DNA of 30,996 bases, taken from the NCBI GenBank assembly GCA_015522685.1, contig WALU01000031.1, positions 1 to 30,996 on the forward strand. The letters are read 5' to 3'. Positions 27,654 through 30,996 of this stretch are shown one piece after another. Made by a program: the position numbers and the translations under genes. The stretch is from Thermoproteota archaeon. Lineage in GTDB: Archaea; Korarchaeota; Korarchaeia; Korarchaeales; Korarchaeaceae. Each line of letters starts with the position of its first letter. Position 1 is the stretch's first letter. Below the pieces are notes generated by a model, which was given only the letters and a program-made list of their open reading frames with translations, was not told the DNA's origin and made no database searches.

Positions 27654-27660
27654 ACCTCCT
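27654..27660 (-). promoter_or_regulatory. Shine-Dalgarno AGGAGGT for ATG 27647
   Basis: Minus strand reads ...GAG-AGGAGGT-TCTTGA-ATG-AAC-[GGGCCC tRNA]. Confidence 0.7.
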
Positions 27661-27697
27661 CTCTAGAAGATACCTCATGATTGAAAAATATGATTGT

Positions 27698-27862
27698 TCA
27701 CTTTCTAACGAGTTTTGCCTTCTTAAGTCTTAGGCTCCTGCTTTTGCATCTCCTGCATCTTGTAGCAGAAAGGGGGTTCCTTGCTCCACATTTCCTACAT
27801 ATCTTATATCCTAAAAGGGCTTTCATAGCTATGCTTCTCTTAAATGGATCTTCAACGGGCAT
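27698..27862 (-). CDS. rpl40e: 50S ribosomal protein eL40
   Basis: MPVEDP...KICRKCGARNPLSATRCRRCKSRSLRLK; ATG at 27862. Confidence 0.95.
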   Translation of the reverse strand: MPVEDPFKRSIAMKALLGYKICRKCGARNPLSATRCRRCKSRSLRLKKAKLVRK

Positions 27863-27932
27863 TTTGATCTCCCAGCTTAGAAGCAACATAGCTTGATAAA
27901 ACTTTATGCTTAGAGGTTTCCAATATAGCATT

Positions 27933-28238
27933 ATGAGCTTAGAATTAAGGAAGAAGGTATTGAGGGAGCTAAATGAATCGGAGGTGCTACATATAAGGAA
28001 GCTTATTCACAGGCTTGATATCTCTACTTCTACATTGAAGCCTTTGCTAGCTGAGATGATAGAACAAGGTTTGATAGAGAAGTTCTCTCATGGAGGATAT
28101 ACATTTTATAGGATAACTAGTGAAGGTAGAGACTATCTTATGCAGTCGCATGCTGAAGAATCCGTAGAAATTAATAAAGAAGAGCAGGAAGAATCAAAAG
28201 AAGATAAAGAGAAAGAAAATATCAATGCTTCTTCATGA
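27933..28238 (+). CDS. Winged-helix DNA-binding protein with charged tail
   Basis: IRKLIHRLDISTSTLKPLLAEMIEQGLIEK...YRITSEGRDYL. Start is 27933 or 27906. Confidence 0.8.
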   Translation: MSLELRKKVLRELNESEVLHIRKLIHRLDISTSTLKPLLAEMIEQGLIEKFSHGGYTFYRITSEGRDYLMQSHAEESVEINKEEQEESKEDKEKENINASS

Positions 28239-29103
28239 TTTTCTCAAGTAGATGAGCTATTTCGAATGGAGTTTTAGCTATAGGGATTCCTGCTTCTCTA
28301 AAGGCTTTCTCCTTGCTTTCCACAGTTCCCTGTCCACTTGTGATTATGGCACCTGCGTGGCCCATCCTCTTCCCCGGTGGAGCAGCCCTACCAGCTACAT
28401 AAGCCACTACAGGCTTTGGATAATTGTTCTCTTTTATATAGTGAGCGGCCCTTTCCTCAGCATCTCCTCCTATCTCACCCACTAGTACAACAGCTTTGGT
28501 CTCTGAGTCATCTCTAAACATTTCCAACACGTCTATGAAGCTTAGCCCAGTTATAGGATCTCCTCCTATACCTACTGTTGTGCTAGATCCATAACCAGCA
28601 TTTTTAAGAGAGATCGATATTTCATAAGTGAGAGTGCCGCTCCTTGATATGATTCCAACAGGCCCAGGAGTAAAAGCATCAGCTGGCATAATTCCTATCT
28701 TCACCCTGCTTGGGGCTATTACGCCAGGACAATTGGGCCCGATTATTATAGCCCCCCTGTCTTTAGCATAGCTGACGAACTTGGCTGTATCATGGACAGG
28801 TATTCCCTCTGTTATCACGATTATTAGGGGTATCTCATTGTCTACTGCCTCTATCACTGCATCCAATGCAAAAGGAGCTGGTACAAATATTATTGAGGCA
28901 TCTATAGGACCTACCTCCTTGATGGAATCTTCTATGGTATCGAAGACCGGCACGCCATGAACCTTGCTTCCTGCTTTACCAGGAGTGACTCCAGCAACCA
29001 CATTAGTGCCATAGTTGAGCATTAATTTTGTATGTATAGTGCCCTGTCTACCTGTTATCCCTTGGATGAGAACTTTCATGTCCTCTCGAACGAGTATAGC
29101 CAT
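28222..29103 (-). CDS. sucD: Succinyl-CoA synthetase alpha subunit
   Basis: [36 protein letters not shown] (phospho-His). Confidence 0.96.
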   Translation of the reverse strand: MAILVREDMKVLIQGITGRQGTIHTKLMLNYGTNVVAGVTPGKAGSKVHGVPVFDTIEDSIKEVGPIDASIIFVPAPFALDAVIEAVDNEIPLIIVITEGIPVHDTAKFVSYAKDRGAIIIGPNCPGVIAPSRVKIGIMPADAFTPGPVGIISRSGTLTYEISISLKNAGYGSSTTVGIGGDPITGLSFIDVLEMFRDDSETKAVVLVGEIGGDAEERAAHYIKENNYPKPVVAYVAGRAAPPGKRMGHAGAIITSGQGTVESKEKAFREAGIPIAKTPFEIAHLLEKIMKKH

Positions 29104-29162
29104 GCAACCACTAACCTTGCCCGATGATATAATGATTAAAATTATTGGTGATAGGAGGTTAT

Positions 29163-30293
29163 ATGAGATTGCTGGAGTATGAATCGAAGAAGGTACTTGC
29201 TTCGAGAGGAGTGCCCATTCCTAGAGGAGAACTAGCAAGAACACCTAATGAAGCTGCTTACATAACAGAGAAGCTAGGAGGAAGATCTGTACTAAAGATT
29301 CAAATTCCTCATGGTCAGAGAGGCAAGGCAGGCGGAATAAAGATAGTGAGTTCTCCAGAAAAGGCAAAGCTCGTAGCCAAAGAGCTGCTCTCCAAGACAT
29401 TTTATGGATATAAGCCAGAATCTTTGCTTGTAGAAGAGCCGATAAATGTGAAGACCGAGATTTATGTTGGAGCTATAGCAGACAGGAACGTTAGAAGCAT
29501 GACCTTCATATCGACAGCATATGGAGGCATGGAGGTTGAGGAGATAGCTGCAGAACATCCTGGATCCATAGAAAAAAGATCAGTTCATCCTTTAATGGGG
29601 ATGGTTCCTTATATAGCTAGAGTTTTAGCTAAAAATGCGTCCATAAATGTACCTGACAAGCTAAGGAAAATCCAGAAAGTTATTTTAGCTCTATGGGAAG
29701 TAGTTAAGAATTACGATGCCATGATGCTTGAAACAAATCCGCTAGCCGTGACTAAAGATGATAGAGTCCTCGCACTTGATGCCAGAATAGAGGTTGATGA
29801 TAATGCTCTCTTTAGGCATAAAGACTTAGAGAATCGTTACTACGCGGTAGGAAATCCAAGAGAGGCGGAAGCTAGGAAGAAGGGAATAGCATATGTGGAG
29901 CTAGAGGGAGCTGTCGGCACGATGGCCAACGGTGCCGGGTTGGCAATGGCTACGATGGATTTGGTACATACATTTAGAGGCAAATCAGCTAACTTCTGCG
30001 ATGTAGGTGGAGGAGCATCTGCTGAGAGAGTTTCAGAAGCTCTAGAACTTGTTGTTAGCAATCCTAATATCAAGGTGGTCCTGATAAATACCCTATGTGG
30101 TATAACTAGCTGCATTGACGTGGCTGAGGGAGTAAGGATCGTTATGCAGAAAGGCCTCATAAAAGTGCCAGTAGTAGTTAGGATGTCAGGAAATAGAGCT
30201 GAGGAGGGAAAGAAGATCTTAGGAGAACTTGGAATAAAAGCTACGGAAAAAGCTGAGGAGGCCGTAGGGCACGCCATAAAACTTGCCAGATGA
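29163..30293 (+). CDS. sucC: Succinyl-CoA synthetase beta subunit
   Basis: MRLLEYESK, RGKAGGI, ALDAR, DDNALFRH, NGAGLAMATMD, ANFCDVGGGA; GGAGG lies before ATG 29163. Confidence 0.96.
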   Translation: MRLLEYESKKVLASRGVPIPRGELARTPNEAAYITEKLGGRSVLKIQIPHGQRGKAGGIKIVSSPEKAKLVAKELLSKTFYGYKPESLLVEEPINVKTEIYVGAIADRNVRSMTFISTAYGGMEVEEIAAEHPGSIEKRSVHPLMGMVPYIARVLAKNASINVPDKLRKIQKVILALWEVVKNYDAMMLETNPLAVTKDDRVLALDARIEVDDNALFRHKDLENRYYAVGNPREAEARKKGIAYVELEGAVGTMANGAGLAMATMDLVHTFRGKSANFCDVGGGASAERVSEALELVVSNPNIKVVLINTLCGITSCIDVAEGVRIVMQKGLIKVPVVVRMSGNRAEEGKKILGELGIKATEKAEEAVGHAIKLAR

Positions 30294-30334
30294 GGGAACT
30301 TTTTTATATCCTTCTATCTCTCTGTATGAGATGA

Positions 30335-30408
30335 GGGCCCGTAGCTCAGAATGGTAGAGCGCCCGGCTCTTAACCGGGAGGTCGAGGGTTCGAAGCCCTC
30401 CGGGCCCG
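30335..30408 (+). tRNA. tRNA-Lys(CTT)
   Basis: Cloverleaf with CCCGG-CT-CTT-AA-CCGGG and GAGGG-TTCGAAG-CCCTC; TTTTATAT box about 30 nt upstream; T-run downstream. Confidence 0.96.
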
Positions 30409-30491
30409 CTATTGCTATTTTTCAGTGAAATTGACTAAGGAAACTGAAGCTGAGGAGATGCAATTAGGCAGGAAAATGAAAAAATAAAAGG

Positions 30492-30564
30492 TAGCCCCGC
30501 CCGGATTCGAACCGGGGTCTCCGGGTCCAGAGCCCAGCGTGCTTGACCGCTACACTACGGGGCT
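30492..30564 (-). tRNA. tRNA-Gln(CTG)
   Basis: AGCCCCG acceptor (A1-U72, typical of archaeal Gln), CTGGG-CT-CTG-GA-CCCGG, GGTTCGAATCC; followed by T-runs on the minus strand. Confidence 0.95.
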
Positions 30565-30677
30565 TCAATATAGCATTTACGATACCGCGTTCATAAGCTT
30601 TACGGTGAGTTGCGCATCAAATATAGGAAATAAGGCCGTTGAGAAAAACAAGATAGATATTTCCAGAATAAGGCATC

Positions 30678-30996
30678 TCAGGATCGACATGACATCCTCT
30701 CCTTCATAGATTTTACTTTACTGATTATATCGCCTCCTTCTTCTATATGAGTACCAACCACCACAATATCGGCGCCGGCCTTAACAACTCTCTCTACCTG
30801 ATATGGCGATCTAAGGCCTCCTCCCACTATTATCCCTAAATTTGTCTTTGATTTCACAGCTGCAATAATTTCGACTGGTACATGTTCTTCAGCCCCGCTG
30901 CCTGCCTCTAAGTAAATCCACTTCATACCTAAGAATTCGGCGGCTAAGGCATAGGCTAGAGCTATTTCCGGCTTCTTTCTAGGAATGGGATTTACC
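30678..30996 (-). CDS. Geranylgeranylglyceryl phosphate synthase (PcrB family); 5' part lies outside the window
   Basis: Frame open to the window edge: PIPRKKPEIALAYALAAEFLGMKWIYLEAGSGA...IVGGGLRS...GADIVVVGT. Confidence 0.93.
   Translation of the reverse strand, partial: VNPIPRKKPEIALAYALAAEFLGMKWIYLEAGSGAEEHVPVEIIAAVKSKTNLGIIVGGGLRSPYQVERVVKAGADIVVVGTHIEEGGDIISKVKSMKERMSCRS

Noticed and set aside
27490-27678. Second minus-strand ORF through tRNA-Arg (62 aa)
   Set aside because: No SD and no recognisable product. It shows that GC-rich tRNAs can be open by chance, so the main finding rests on the SD and signal peptide, not on the open frame alone.
23603-29162. Extended N-termini in the ORF track (starts 24742, 26352, 27931, 29145)
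   Set aside because: Family N-termini and SD positions favour the downstream ATGs at 24664, 26301, 27862 and 29163.
3251-30277. Numerous short antisense or nested ORFs in the track (e.g. 3251, 8915, 10445, 15118, 18594, 24939, 26078, 29840)
   Set aside because: They overlap well-supported genes and have shadow-ORF composition.
27566-30408. tRNA-Arg and tRNA-Lys share GGGCCCGTAGCTCAG and CGGGCCCGCTAT, forming an inverted repeat around sucD/sucC
   Set aside because: Explained by normal tRNA conservation; an inversion between them would not produce the divergent sucD/sucC layout.
1-30996. CRISPR array, rRNA, transposase or integrase
   Set aside because: No regularly spaced 24-40 nt repeats, rRNA-like stretches or recombinase/transposase motifs were seen.

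Overview
Archaeal DNA. The gene content and AGA/AGG-rich codon use suggest a thermophile, possibly Korarchaeota, but that placement is inference. The window has two halves. (1) About 1-17,050 is an accessory/defence island: a coupled two-gene unit ending in a PD-(D/E)xK-like nuclease domain, a stand-alone proteasome-beta-like Ntn hydrolase, five toxin-antitoxin modules (2x HEPN/MNT, DUF433/DUF5615, AbiEii/AbiEi, VapBC; three toxins broken), an archaeal ATPase, a coiled-coil acylphosphatase-like gene, a threonine dehydratase, an orphan N6-type DNA methyltransferase and much gene debris. (2) About 17,100-30,996 is compact housekeeping DNA: cgi121, pfdB, RecJ-like DHH, rps15, rdgB, bud32, pcm, DUF371, truD, pth2, a GT4 glycosyltransferase, fen, EF-1beta, rpl40e, divergent sucD/sucC, GGGP synthase, and tRNA-Arg(GCG), -Lys(CTT) and -Gln(CTG). 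Top observations: an entire tRNA-Arg lies in frame, on the same strand, between the SD+ATG and the signal peptide of a membrane-anchored regulator; two unrelated toxin genes each carry compensating frameshifts that move only the catalytic motif out of frame; and the nuclease/Ntn-hydrolase locus matches no system I recognise. All family calls come from motifs read by eye; no database searches were run.
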